Positions 40,988 through 55,592 of a stretch of DNA of 64,000 bases are shown piece after piece. A model generated the notes under the pieces. That model worked only from the letters and a program-made list of their open reading frames with translations. It made no database searches and was not told the origin of the DNA. This DNA comes from the human T2T-CHM13v2.0 reference genome, Homo sapiens, in the NCBI RefSeq assembly GCF_009914755.1, contig NC_060942.1; one strand, given 5' to 3'. Each line of letters opens with the position of its first letter. The stretch's first letter is position 1. The position numbers were made by a program, and so were the translations under genes.

Positions 40988-41552
40988 AATACTGTAGGCA
41001 ATTTCAACACATATTTGAGTATCTAAATATAGAAAAGATACAGTAAAAATGTGGTATAAAAGATTAAAAAATGATAAAGCTATATAGAGCAATTACCATG
41101 AATGGAGCCTGCAGGATGGAAGTTGCCTGGGTGAGTCAATGAGTGAGTGATGAAGGGCTAGGACATTACTGTGCACTACTGTAGACTTTATAAACATTGT
41201 GCACTTAGGCTACACTAATTTATAGAAAAACTTTTCTTCAATAATAAATTAATCTTAGCTTATTGTAATGTTTTACTTTATAATTTTTTTAAATTTCTAT
41301 TGTTTTTTTTTTGAAAGAAAGAAGTAAAACTGTTTTTATTTTATTTGTATTATACTTTAAGTTCTGGGGTACACGTGCAGAACATTCAGGTTTGTTACAT
41401 AGGTATACATCTGCCATGGTAGATTGCTGCACCCATCAACCTGTCATCTGCATTAGGTATTTCTCCTAATGCTGTCCCTCCCCTCGCCCCCCATCCCCTG
41501 ACAGGCCCCGGTGTGAGATGTTCCCCTCGCTGTGCCCATATGTTCTCATTGG

Positions 41553-44500
41553 TCAACTCCCACTTAGGAGTGAGAACATGTGGTGTTTGGTTTTCTGTTC
41601 TTGTGTTAGTTTGCTGAGAATGATGGTTTCCAGCTTCATCCATGTCCCTGCAAAGGACATGAACTCATTCTTTTTTATGGCTGCATAGTATTCCATGGTG
41701 TATATGTACCACATTTTCTTTATCCAGTCTAACATTGTTGGGCATTTGAGATGGTTCCAAGTCTTTGCTATTGTGAATAGTGCTGCAGTAAACATACGTG
41801 TGCATGTGTCTTTATAGTAGAATGATTTATAATCCTTTGGGTATATACCCAGTAATGGGATTGCTGGGTCAAACAGTATTTACAGTTCTAGATCCTTGAG
41901 AAATCACTACACTGTCTTCCACAATGGTTGAACTAATTTATATTTTCACCAACAGTGAAAAAGCATTCCTATTTCTCCACATCCTTTCCAGCATCTGTTT
42001 TTTCTTGACTTTTTAATGATCACCATTCTAACTGGTGTGAGATGGTATCTCATTGTGGTTTTGATTTGCATTTGTCTAATGACCAACGATGATGAGCTTT
42101 TTTTCATATGTTTGTTGGCTGCATAAATGTCTTCTTTTGAAAAGTGTCTGTTTATATCCCTCACCCACTTTTTGATGAGGTTGTTTGCTTTTTTCTTGTA
42201 AATTTGTTTAAGTTCCTTGTAGATTCTGGATATTAGCCTTTTGTCAGATGGATGGATTGCAAAAATGTTCTCCCATTCTGTAGGTTGGCTGTTCACTCTG
42301 ATGACAATTTCTTTCACTGTGCAGAAGCTCTTTAGTTTAATTAGATTCATTTGTCCTTTTTGAATTTTGTTGCAATTGCTTTTGGTGTTTTAGTCATGAA
42401 GTCTTTGCCCATGCCTACGTCCTGAATGGTATTGGCTAGGTTTTCTTCTAGGGTTTTTTATGGTTTTAGGTCTTATGTTTAAGTCTTTAATCCATCTTGA
42501 GTTAATTTTCGTGTAAGCTAGAAGGAAGGTGTCCAGTTTCAGTTTTCTGGATGTGGCTAGCCAGTTTTCCCAACACCATTTATTAAATAGGGAATCCTTT
42601 CCCCATTGCTTGTTTTTGTCAGGTTTGTCAAAGGTCGGATGGTTGAAGATGTGTGGTATTATTTCTGAGGCCTCTGTTCTGTTCCATTGGCCTATATGTC
42701 TGTTTTGGTACTAGTACCATGCTGTTTTGGTTATGGTAGCCTTGTAGTATAGTTTGAAGTCAAGTAGCATGATGCCTCCAGCTTTGTTCTTTTTGCTTAG
42801 GAATGTCTTGGCCATATGGGCTCTTTTTTGGTTCCATATGAAATTTAAAGTAGTTTTATCTAATTCAGTGAAGAAAGCCAATGGTAACTTGATGGGAATA
42901 GCATTGAATCTATTAATTACTTTGGGCAGTATGGTCATTTTCATGATACTGATTATTCCTATCCAAGAGCATGTAATGTTTTTCCATTTGTTTGTGTCCT
43001 CTCTTATTTCCTTGAGCAGTGGTTTGTAGTTCTTGAAGAGGTCCTTCACATCCCTTGTAAGTTGTATTCCTGGGTGTTTTATTCTCTTTGTAGCAATTGT
43101 GAATGGGAGTTTGCTCATGATTTGGCTCTCTGTTTTCCTATTATTGGTGTATAGGAATCCTTGTGATTTTTGTACATTGATTTTGTATCCTGAGACTTTG
43201 CTGAATTTGCTTATTAGCTTAAGGAGTTTTTGGGCTGAGACAATGGGGTTTTCTAAATATACAATCATGACATCTGCAAACAAAGACAATTTGACTTCTT
43301 CTCTCCCTATTTGAATACCTTTATTTCTTTCTCTTGCCTGATTGCCCTGGCCAGAACTTCCAATTCTGTGTTGAATAGGAGTGGTGAGAGAGGGCATCCT
43401 TGTTTTTTGCCAGTTTTCAAAGGGAATGCTTCCAGATTTTGCCCATTCAGTATGATATCGGCTGTGGGTTTGTCATAAATAGCTCTTATTGTTTTGAGAT
43501 ACGTTCCATCGATACCTAGTTTATTGAGTGTTTTTAGCATGAAGGGGTATTGAATTTTATTGGAGGTTTTTTCTGCATCTATTGAGATAATCATGTGGTT
43601 TTTGTCATTGGTTCTGTTTATGTGATGGATTACATTTATTGATTTGCGTATGTTGAACCAGCCTTGCATCCCAGGAATGAAGCCAACTTGATTGTGGTGA
43701 ATAAGCTTTTTAATGTGCTGCTGGATTTGGTATGCCAGTATTTTATTGAGGATTTTCGCATCGACGTTCATCAGGGATATCAGCCTGAAATTTTCTTGTT
43801 TTGTTGTGTCTCTGCCAGGTTTTGGTATTAGGATGATGCTGGCCTCATAAAATGAGTTAGGGAGGAGTCCCTCATTTTGGATTGTTTGTAATAGTTTCAG
43901 ACGGAATGGTACCAGCTCCTCTTTGTACTTCTGGTAGAATTCGGCTGTGAATCCATCTGGTCCTAGGCTTTTTTTGGTTGGTAAAATATTAATTACTGTG
44001 TCAATTTCAGAACTTGTTATTGGTCTGTTCAGGGATTTGATTTCTTCCTGGTTTAGTCTTGGGAGGGTTTATGGGTTGAGGAATTTATCCATTGCTTCTA
44101 GAATTTCTAGTTTATTTGCATAGAGGTGTTTATAGTATTTTCTGATGGTAGTTTGTATTTCTGTGGGATCAGAGGTGATCTCCCCTTTATCACTTTTTAT
44201 TGTATCTATTTGATTCTTCTCTCTTTTCTTCTTTATTAGTCTGGCTAGTGGTCTAACTATTTTGTTAATCGTTTCAAAAAACCAGCTCCTGGATTCATTG
44301 ATTTTTTTTTGAAGGATTTTTCGTGTCTCTGTCTCCTTCAGTTCTGCTCTAATCTTAGTTATTTCTTGTCTTCTGCTAGCTTTTGAATGTGTTTGTTCTT
44401 GCTTCCCTATTTCTAATTGTGATTGGGTGTTGATTTTAGCTCTTTCCCGCTTTCTTCTGTGGGCATTTAGTGCTATTAATTCCCCGCTAAACACTGCTTT

Positions 44501-45365
44501 AGCTTTGTCCCAGAGATTCTGGCACATTGTGTCTTGCTTCTCATTGGTTTCAAAGAACTTATTTATTTCCGTCTTAATTTTGTAATTGACCCAGTAGTCA
44601 TTCAGGAGCAGGTTGTTTAGTTTCCATGTAGTTGTATGGTTTTGAGTGAGTTTCTTAATCCTGAGTTCTAATTTGATTGCACTGTGGTTTGAGAGACTGT
44701 TTATTATGATTTCTATTCTTTCTCATTGGCTGAAGAATGTTTTACTTCCAATTATGTGGTTGATTTTATGTGGTGCCAAGAAGAATGTATATTTTGTTTA
44801 TTTGGAGTGGAGAGTTCTGTAGATGTCTATTAGGTCCACTTGGTCCAGAGCTGAATTGAAATCCTGAATATCTGTGTTAATTTTCTGTCTCATTGATCTG
44901 TCTAATATTGATAGTGGGGTGTTAAAGTCTCCCACTATTATTGTGTGGGAGTCTAAGTCTCTTTATAGTTCTCTAAGAACTTGCTTTATGAATCTGGGTG
45001 CTCCTGTATTAGGTGCATGTATATTTAACATAGTTAGCTCTTTTTGTTGTATTGATCCCTTTACCATTATGCAATGCCCTTCTTTGTCTTTTTTGATCTT
45101 TGTTGGTTTAAAGTCTGTTTTATCAGAGACTAGAATTGCAACCCCTGCTTTTTTTTGCTTTGTGTTTGCTTGGTAAATCTTCCTCCATCCCTTTATTTTG
45201 AGCCTATGTGTGTCTTTGCATGTGAGATGGGTCTCCTGAATACAGCACACCAGTGGGTCTTGACTCTATCCAATTTGCCAGTCTGTGCCTTTTAATTGGG
45301 GCATTTTGCCCATTTACATTTAAGGTTAATATTGTTATATGTGAATTTGAATTTGATCCTGTCAT
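41553..45365 (-). pseudogene. L1 ORF2p (endonuclease/reverse transcriptase), multiply disrupted
   Basis: ATG of MTGSN at 45365; [34 protein letters not shown] (YADD/FADD motif altered), [11 protein letters not shown]; split into many short ORFs. Confidence 0.9.
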
Positions 45366-45428
45366 TATGATGCTAGCTGGTTATTTTGCCCATTAGTTAA
45401 TGCAGTTTCTTCATAGTGTTGATGGTCT

Positions 45429-46452
45429 TTACATTTTGGTTTGCTTTTGCAGTGGCTGGTACCGGTTTTTCCTTTCCACATTTAGTGCTTCCTTTAGGAG
45501 CTCTTGTAAGGCAGGCCTGATGGTGACAAAATCCCTCAGCATTTGTTTGTCTGTAAAAGATTTTATTTCTCCTTCACTTATGAAGCTTAGTTTGGCTGGA
45601 TATGAAATTCTGGGTTGAAAATTCTTTTCTTTAAGAATGTTGAATATTGGCCCCCACTCTATTCTGGCTTGTAGGGTTTCTTCAGAGAGATCTACTGTTA
45701 GTCTGATGGGCTTCCTTTTGTGGGTAACCCGACCTTTCTCTCTGGCTGCCTTTAACATTTTTTCCTTCATTTCAGCCTTGGTGAATCTGATGATTATGTG
45801 TCTTGGGGTTGCTCTTCTCAAGGAGTATCTTTGTGGTGTTCTCTGTATTTCCTGAATTTGAATGTTGGCCTGTCTTGCTATGTTGGGAAAATTCTCCTTG
45901 ATAATAACCTGAAGAGTGTTTTCCAACTTGGTTCCATTCTCCCTGTCACTTTCAGGTACACCAGTCAAATGTAGGTTTGGTCTTTTCACATAGTCCCATA
46001 TTTCTTGGAGTCTTTGCTCGTTCCTTTTCATTGTTTTTTCTCTAATCTTGCGTTCACACTTTAATTCATTAATTTGATCTTCAATCTCTGATATCCTTTC
46101 TTCCACTTGATTGATTCAGGTATTGATACTTGTGTATGCTTCATGAAGTTCTTGTGCTGTTTTTCAGCTCCATCAGGTCATTTATGTTCTTCTCTAAACT
46201 GGCTATTCTAGTTAGCAATTCCTCTAACCTTTTATGAAGGTTCTTACTTTCCTTGCATTGGGTTAGAACATGCTCTTTTAGCTCAGAGGGATTTGTTATT
46301 ACCCACCTTCTGAAGCCTACTTCTGTCAATTGGTCAAACTCCTTCTCCATCCAATTTTGTTCCCTTGCTGGTGAGGAGTTGTGATCCTTTGGAGGAGAAG
46401 AGGCATTCTGCTTTTTGGAATTTTCAGCCTTTTTGCACCGGTTTTTCCTCAT
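45429..46452 (-). pseudogene. L1 ORF1p, broken into two ORFs
   Basis: MRKNRCKKAENSK...; EIWDYVKRPNL, RATPRHIIIRF, FQPRISYPAKLSF. Confidence 0.9.
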
Positions 46453-46884
46453 CTTCGTGGATTTATCTATCTTTGGTCTTTGCTGTTGGTGACCTTTGGA
46501 TGGAGGTTTTGTGTGGTCATCCTTTTTGTTGATGTTGATGCTATTGCTTTCTGTTTGTTGGTTTTCCTTCTAACAGTCAGGCCCCTCTTCTTCAGGTCTG
46601 CTGGAGTTTGCTGGGGCTCCACTCCAGACCCTGTTTGCCTAGGTATCACCAGTGGAGGCTGCAGAACAGCAAAGATTGCTGCCTGCTCCTTCCTCTGGAA
46701 GATTTGTCCCAGAGGGGCACCCACCAGCTGCCAGCCAGAGCTCTCCTGTATGAGGTGTCTGTCGACCAATGCTGGGAGGTGTCTCCCTGTCAGGAGGCAT
46801 GGGGGTCAGGGACCCACTACAGGAGTCAGTCTGCCCCTTAGCAGAGCTCAAGCACTGTGCTGGGAGATCCGCTACTCTCTTCCT

Positions 46885-47303
46885 AATTTCTATTGGTTTT
46901 GGGGCAATGGGTGGTGTTTGGTTGCATGAGTAAGTTCTTTACTGTTGATTTGTGAGATTTTGGTACACCCATCACACAAGCAGTATACACTGAACTCAGT
47001 TTATAGGCTTTTACCCATCACCCTCCCCCACCCTTCCCCCAAATCCATAAAGTACATTATATGATTCTTATGCATTTGCATCCTCATAGCTTAGCTCCCA
47101 CTTACGAGTGAGAATGTATGATGTTTGGTTTTCCATTCCTGAGTTACTTCACTTAGAATAACGGTCTCCAATTCCATCCAGGTTGCTGTGAATGCCATTG
47201 TTTCATTCCTTTTATGGCTGAATAGTATTCCATGGTGCATATATATATATATATATATTCCACAATTTCTTTATCCACTCATTGACTCATGGGCATTTGG
47301 GCT
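46885..47303 (-). mobile_element. L1PB1-like 3' fragment (its tail is displaced to ~41283-41302)
   Basis: ggtggtgtttggttgcatgagtaagttcttt...gatttgtgagattttggtacacccatcac; contains (TA)n at ~47239-47258. Confidence 0.85.
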
Positions 47304-48666
47304 ATTTATTTATTTTTTTTACTTTTTGACTCTTTTGTAATAACGCTTAGCTTAAAACAAAAACACATGGTACAGCTGTGCAAAATATTTCTTTTTATCC
47401 TTGTTCTACATATTTTTCTATTAAAAATGTATTTATTTAAAAATTTTTTTTTTTTGTTAAAGACTGGGACACAAACACACACATTAGCCAAGGTCTACTC
47501 AGAGTCAGGGTCACCAGTATCACTGTTTTCTACCTCCACATCTTGTCCCACTGGGTCTTTAGCAGCAATAACATGCATGGAGCTGCCTTCTCTAAAATAA
47601 AGATTAAAATATAATATAGTAAATATGTAGACCAGTATTATCAAGTATTATGTACTGTACATAATTGTATGTGCTATGCTTTTACACAACTGGCAGTGCA
47701 GTAGTTTATTTATACCAGCATCACCACGGTCAATTGGGTAAGGTGTTGCACCATGACACTATAATGACTACAGTGTTTTTCAGCTTCATTATAATCTTAT
47801 GAGAATGTGTAATGTGGTCAATTCTTGATGGAAACCTCTAAGGATAAAGAGGCAGAATACAACTGTGTTTCACGTATGCTTCTTGATAAAGTATTATTTG
47901 ATATATAATGGTTTATGACTCATACACCTGATATAAAAATTATAATTTTTATCAGTATAAAGTTACCCTATTATTCTTATTCTGTGACTTTTCTCCTTTA
48001 AGACTGACATTTCCACTCTGACTCTCTTTTTCTTAGCCTTTTCTTGGGAATATCTCAGCTTTCCTTTAATTTCCAGTGTACCCAATCTATTTTGCTTTGT
48101 GTGTGTGTCTTTGGTGGAGAGAATATAATGGGGTTTTATTTTTATTACAACATGAATATTATGCCTTTCATTAGGAAATTCAATCCACTTTCAAGTGTTG
48201 AATTTATTTGTGTGTTTGCCACTGTAAGAGTGATTGTCTCATTGGAGACACTCAACAAATAAATATTAAATGAATGAACAATTTTTGATACTTTGATTTC
48301 CCTACTTTCTCTCTCTTCTATTAGTATAAATACATTTTAAATTTGCTCTTGTCTTATGAAGACATCTTGTTTATAATTTTACTATATATAGTAGTTAATT
48401 GTAGGTTTTAAAAATATATTTTATTTATGTGTATGTTCCTGAGGTTTATAAGTGCCTAGTCTTTAACCACAATTCTGAAATGTTTGATTGATTTTCAAGC
48501 CCACAACAGCCTATGAAGAATAACTAGAGGTCTTCATATCAGAGGCAGAAGGTAAGAATCTGCTGAATACAGCAGCAAAAGCCAGGATAGGTCATCTGTA
48601 AGGGTCTTATCTTTTAGCAATACAACTGGAGTTTATAAAACTAGCTTATCAAGAATAATCCATACA

Positions 48667-48979
48667 GGTTGGGCACGGTGGCTCACACCTGTAATCCCAG
48701 CACTTTGGGAGTCTGAAGTGGGTGAATCATTTGAGCCCAGGAGTTCAAGACCAGCCCAGTCAACATGGTGAAACCCCATCTCCACTAAAAATACAAAAAT
48801 TAGCCAGGTGTGGTGGTGTGTGCCTGTAGTCTCAGCTACTTGGGAGGCTAAGGGAAGAGTGTGACCTAAGCCTGGGAGGCGGAGGCTGCATCGAGCTGAG
48901 ATTGTGCCACTGCACTCCAGCCTGGGCAACAGAGCCAGACCTTGCCTCAAAAAAACAAAACAAACAAAACAAAAACAAA
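48667..48979 (+). mobile_element. AluJb-like
   Basis: Sense dimer with (CAAAA)n tail; 16-bp TSD aagaataatccata(c/t)a (48651-48666 / 48980-48995). Confidence 0.95.
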
Positions 48980-49259
48980 AAGAATAATCCATATAGTATG
49001 TTAGCAATGAAGGAATAATTGCATTGAGAATTTGCTTCCAAAATAAAATTTGAATGAAATATTTGGGAAGTTAAATGTGTCAGATACAATGATCTCAGTC
49101 ATTCATTATGTAGAGTCCCTAATGTCTTTTTATACTATTTAAGTTACCTGTTTAGGTATCATTATTAGCTCCATGTGGACAGAAACTTGTTTTATACTAA
49201 GACATAAGTGACCTGATTCAGGCTGTATTATAATACATATTTCTAAACTACATCTTTTG

Positions 49260-49552
49260 CACCTACAAAAAATAGGGAGAATGTGAATACCTAGCAGAGT
49301 ACTAATGTGGATTGTGATAAAAATTAAATGAAATAATCCATGTAAAAGCATTTGGCACAGGGCTTGGCATTCATCACCTCCACCACTTACTAGGTATGTG
49401 ACCTCAAGACAGTTTCTTAACCTCTCAATGCCTCAGATTTATCATCCCTAGTATACGAATTATCATAGTACTTACCTCAGAGATTTAATATAAAGACCTT
49501 AGAGCAAAGCATGGTATAACTTAAGTTCCCAGTAAATGTGAGCTACTATTAG
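49260..49552 (+). mobile_element. Two tandem MIR fragments
   Basis: attaaatgaaataatccatgtaaaagcatttggcacag; ccacttactaggtatgtgacctc...cttaacctctcaatgcctcag. Confidence 0.7.
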
Positions 49553-50779
49553 TATTTCAATGCAGGAAGGACCGCATTTATACTCTGGCAGAAACCATCA
49601 GAAAATAGTGTTCTTTTTGGACACAAATCAAGAAAACAATAGTTATAATGTGGCCCAAAGCAGGGAGATGGGATTGGGGCAGAAGACTGGTGTGCAGTCT
49701 GGGCCTACTCCTTGCCTGTGGAAACTTGGGTAGTCTTCAGTTTCTCATTTTGTATCACAGGGAAAAACACCTAATGCAGATTTGATATGCAAAACTTAAG
49801 AGTTACTGTGTATGAAAATGTTCTATAATGCGCTATATCAATGCTATTTAGTAGGAACTATTTTTGATCATTTTGATCATTTGACTGTTTTTATCATATT
49901 AGCACCTCCAATCCCATTAGCTTTCCTAACCCCATCAGCATTCAGAAATGGATTCTGTATCTTTGTCAGCATAACCATGATTTCCTTACTTTGCTATTCC
50001 TTGGATATATGTCATTAACCAGTCTGGGTACAATTAGTGCAAGGAGTAGAAATGAGACTATATTCTGTGAATTTCTAACTCTCCATTTTGGCAGAACAAC
50101 TCTGGACCAGCCACTATAGCTGTCAGGGTGATTTATGATTGTTCTTCACCAAGCTGACAGCCGGTGGAGAAAAAGCTTCATGCAAGAAAAATTCCTTATA
50201 TTTATTCTACCTAGTTTAATACCTGATGAACCACGTTATAAGAACAATTCTTAAAATAGCCTTGAGGAGAGCACCTCCACATTGCCCAGACATACAATTT
50301 ATTATAGAAATACTGGTGGAGAATGGAGGGGAGATGGTGGTCATGCTGTGAACTTGACTGGCTTACGGACAAGACATTGGTTGGAAAGCTGGCAATAAAA
50401 AAAGCAGCCCAATGTACTTTAAATGCTAACTGGCACTCTTCTAGTTGCTCTCAATTTTTTTCTTACAGTAAGCCTTCCTCTTAGGTAATACTATTATCAC
50501 ATCAACATGATTATAAATAAGAATGGAGAATCAATCCAAGAAAGACACAGCATGACTACCTCCAAAGCCACTTAATTTGGAAATAGAAATGAAGAGGTGT
50601 ACAGTTCATCCTCAGTAGGGTTGCCTATGCTTTGTGCCTTCCTGAAACTTTTAATCACTGGAGGCTGTCATAATCTTCCACATCCACACCGTCCATAAAG
50701 CATTTGTTACATATTGACTTATTTTGTATTGCTCTTTAAGGATATGCTATTTGTTCATCTTTTCTTCTCAACTAGATAC

Positions 50780-52220
<1,441 letters not shown>

Positions 52221-53139
52221 ATGAGACAAAACCACAGTATGTGAAATCTTAGGAAACCCTAACTAGATGCCAAAATGATCAGTTTAGTCTAAATTTATTT
52301 GCAAACATTAGCTACTAGTAGATAATGAAATAAATCAAGTTATTCTTTATCTATGAAGATATCATTTTTTGAATAAGTCCCCCAAATATGGAGTTAGATG
52401 ACTCATCAGAGCAGGGTGTGAGTGTTCAGGAAAGCCTGTGCATACTTAGGTCATCTATATGAGTTAGGAATGCAGATGCATAATAAATTGGTTGGGATTT
52501 ATTAATACATGCACCTGCATTTCTGCTTAAGAAGCTATTGTTTGATCTAACGATGTCCTATAGAACAAGCCCAAAACAAACCAAAGATATTTTCAAGGCT
52601 CAAGTATATCGGGCATATGGGAAGCATGTAAATGTTCAAAGAGGATGTCCAGTAATGAGGAATCCAACATTTATCCCAATAGCAACATGTTAAATGCTCC
52701 CACTCCCTTCTGACCATTGCTGCTCAAGTGTTTCCTTCTGAGATAATTCCTTGAAAGTGTGTGTACATGACCAGTCTCCATGGCTAACACATACACATGC
52801 ATGGAACCTAGAAGCATTAAGGAACAACTCTGAGGTCATTAGAAGCTAAAAATACTGAACCTTCACACTTGCCCTTGAGCAAGTATTCTTTAGCAGAAAA
52901 GCCAAAGGGATTATAATAAAATGAACAAACAACAAGCCTACTCATAAAGCATGTTATGCTTTATGGATAGCGCCCCCCCATTAAAAAAAAACAAAAACAA
53001 CAAAAAAGCCCAGGATGATTGCCTTTTACTATTGGAAGGGAGGGGGAATTTTGCAAAAAGCTGCTATTTGTATAAACCTGTGGACCCACCACCCTCAATA
53101 ATATACAAAATAGAAAGAACTATTTGTTTCAAGATGGTC

Positions 53140-54800
53140 TTGTTTTTTATTTGTTTAATAATAGCTTTATTGAGGTAAAATTCCTATACTATAAAATTTA
53201 CCATTTAAAGTATATAATTAAATGATTTTTAGATATTTACTATGTTGTGCAAGTATTACCACTATGTAATTTTTAAAAATCTTTAGCACCCCCCAAAAGA
53301 AACCCTGTTATGCAAATAATCATACAGAGTTATTTGCAAATATGCAAATGCTGAATATTTGCATCTCCCCAAATTTCATATTTTGAAGCCCTAATCCACA
53401 ATGTGATATTATTTGAAGCTAGCACTTTTAGGAGGTAATAAGATTAAATCAGGTCATAAGAGTGGAGTCCTAATCCCATAAGACTGGAAGCCCTATAAGA
53501 AGAGAAAGAGAGTCAGATCTTTCTCTCTCTTTCCATGCACACGCACCACTGAGGAAAGGCTATGTGAGCATGCAATGAGAAGGCGGCCATCCGCAAGCTA
53601 GGAAGAGAGCCCTCACCAGGAATCAAATCAGTTGGCACCTTGATTTTGGACTTCCTAGCCTTCAGCACTGTGAGAAATAAATTTTCGTTTTTTAAGTCAT
53701 TCAGTTTTTGGTATTCTGTTACAGCAGCTTGAATTACCAATATAAACCCATACCCATTAGCAATCACTCCCCATGCTCCCCTTCCTCAGTTCCTAAAAGC
53801 CACCACTCTACTTTCTATGGATTTGCCCATTTGGGCACTTCATATAAATGGAATCATCTAATATGTGGCCTTTTGTGACAGGCTTCTTTCACTTAGCATA
53901 TTTCCAGGTTCCATTCATGATGTAGCATTTATTGGTACTTCACTACTTTTTATTGCTAAATAATATTACATTGTAAGGGTACAACACATTTTGTTTATAC
54001 ATTCATCAATTCATGAACATTTGGGTTGTTTTTACTCTGGGACTATTATGAATAATGCTGCCATGAACATTCATGTGCAGGTTTTTGTGTGAACATATGT
54101 CATCGGTTCTATTGTTTATATACCTAGAACTGGAATTGCTATGCCATGTAACTCTATGTTTTAACATTTCCAGGTACTGCAAGCTTACTTTCCAACGTGG
54201 CTGCATCGTTTCACATTCCCACCAGCAGTATGAGGTTTCCAATTTCTCTGCATCCTCATCAAAACTTGTTATTATCTGTCTTTTTTATTTTAGACGTTCT
54301 AGAAGGTGTGGAGTGGTATCTCATTGTGGTATTGATTTGCATTTCCTTAAGGACTAATGCTTTTGAACATTTTTTCATGTGCTTATTGGCCATTTGTATA
54401 TCTTCTCTGGAGAAATGTTTATTCAAATCCTTTGTCCATTTTTTAATTGGATTGTCTTTTTATTGTTGCATGGTATAAGTTCTCTATATATTCTGGACAC
54501 AAGTCTCTTATTAGTTATACCATTTGCAAATATTTTCTCCCATTCTGTGCGTTGTCTTTTAACCTTTCTAATGTGTCCATTGAAACACAAAAGTTTTTAA
54601 TTTTCACAAAGTTCAATTTATCTACTTTTTTCTTTTGTCACTTATTTGTATCATATCTGAGAAACCATTACCTAATCCAAGGTCAGGAAGGATTACTCCT
54701 ATGTTCTCTTTTGAGAGTTTTATTGTTTTTACTCTTATATTTAAGTTGAATATCCATTTTGAGTTAGTTAATTTTTGTATATAGTATGACATAGGATCGA
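53140..54800 (-). mobile_element. L1MB 3' portion (interrupted by MLT1)
   Basis: atagctttattgaggtaaaattc..., catataaatggaatcat, ggtatctcattgtggt..., gagaaatgtttattcaaatcc. Confidence 0.88.
53306..53744 (+). mobile_element. MLT1A/B-like MaLR solo LTR
   Basis: ccccaaatttcatattttgaagccctaa ... gagagccctcaccagg...ggcaccttgattttggacttcc...ctgtgagaaataaatt; 5-bp TSD aaccc (53301-53305 / 53745-53749). Confidence 0.9.
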
Positions 54801-54920
54801 GAGGATCTTGTTAATCACTTTTTCCTGATATACATCAGCTTCAAATGTGAAGCTATAAATCTCCCTGTAGGTTTCCTGAAAGCCCTCATTATATAAAGCA
54901 ACTTCTGTGACAAATTTGAC

Positions 54921-55220
54921 TTGATTAATTAATTAATTAGAGACACAGTCTTGCTCTGTCCCCCAGACTGGAGTGCAGTGGTGCCATCTTGGATCACAGC
55001 AACCTTCAACTCTCAGGTTCAAGCAATTCTAGTGCCTCAGCTTCCCAAGTAGCTAGGATCACAGGTGTGCACCAGCATGCCTGGCTACTTTTTGTATTTT
55101 TAGTAGAGGCATGTTTTTGCCATGTTAGCCAGACTGGTCTCTAACTCCTGGCCTCAAGTCTTCCCCTGCCTTGGCCAACCAAAGTGCTGGGATTACTGGT
55201 GTGAACCACCGTGCCTAGTC
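54921..55220 (-). mobile_element. Old Alu (Jb/Sz-like) with a (TTAA)n tail
   Basis: Antisense dimer. Confidence 0.9.
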
Positions 55221-55277
55221 ATGATAATTTATTGAGTGGAGTTCTGTTCAAGATGATGGAGGGCTAACAGCAGCAAA

Positions 55278-55592
55278 AGCCAGGCTCACTGGCTCTTGCC
55301 TGTAATCCTAGCACTTTGGGAGGCCTAGTTGGTTAGGTAGATCACCTGAGCTCAGGAGTTCGAGACCAGCCTAGCCAACATGGCGAAACCCTGTCTCTAC
55401 TAAAAATACAAAAATTAGCCGGGCATAGTGGTGGATGCTAATAATCCCAGCTACTCTGGAGGCTGAGACAGGAGAATTGCTTGAACCTGGGGGCGGAGGT
55501 TGCAGTGAGCTGAGATTGCGCCACTTCACTTCAGCCTGAGTGACAGAGTGAAATTCCATCTTAAAAGAAAAAAAAAAAAAAAAAGGAAAGAA
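55278..55592 (+). mobile_element. AluS
   Basis: Sense dimer with A tail; TSD agcagcaaaa(g). Confidence 0.93.

Larger units (their letters stand above)
41303..46884 (-). mobile_element. L1PA7-like LINE-1, near full length (partial 5' UTR, ORF1, ORF2, 3' UTR)
   Basis: Continuous L1 peptides in the ORF track; TSD aatttctattg at 41292-41302 and 46885-46895. Confidence 0.95.
40475..47835 (+). mobile_element. Tigger3-like (Tc1/mariner) DNA transposon split into three pieces (40475-40632, 40993-41285, 47320-47835)
   Basis: ttctgagaaatgc..aaacctagatggtgtagcctac; ggacattactgtgcactactgtagac; actttttgactcttttgtaataac...ttataatcttatg; the sequence resumes across the inserted elements. Confidence 0.8.

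Noticed and set aside
41553-46452. An active L1 or novel reverse-transcriptase system
   Set aside because: ORF1 and ORF2 are fragmented by stops and frameshifts, the RT motif reads FADV, and the 5' UTR is truncated; it is an ordinary fossil L1.
46381-46929. 182-aa plus-strand ORF
   Set aside because: Antisense to the L1 5' UTR/ORF1 start with a non-ATG start; such frames are common in L1PA copies.
52399-52405. Isolated AP-1 sites (TGACTCA/TGAGTCA here and near 11909, 13964, 39037)
   Set aside because: 7-mers expected several times by chance in 64 kb.
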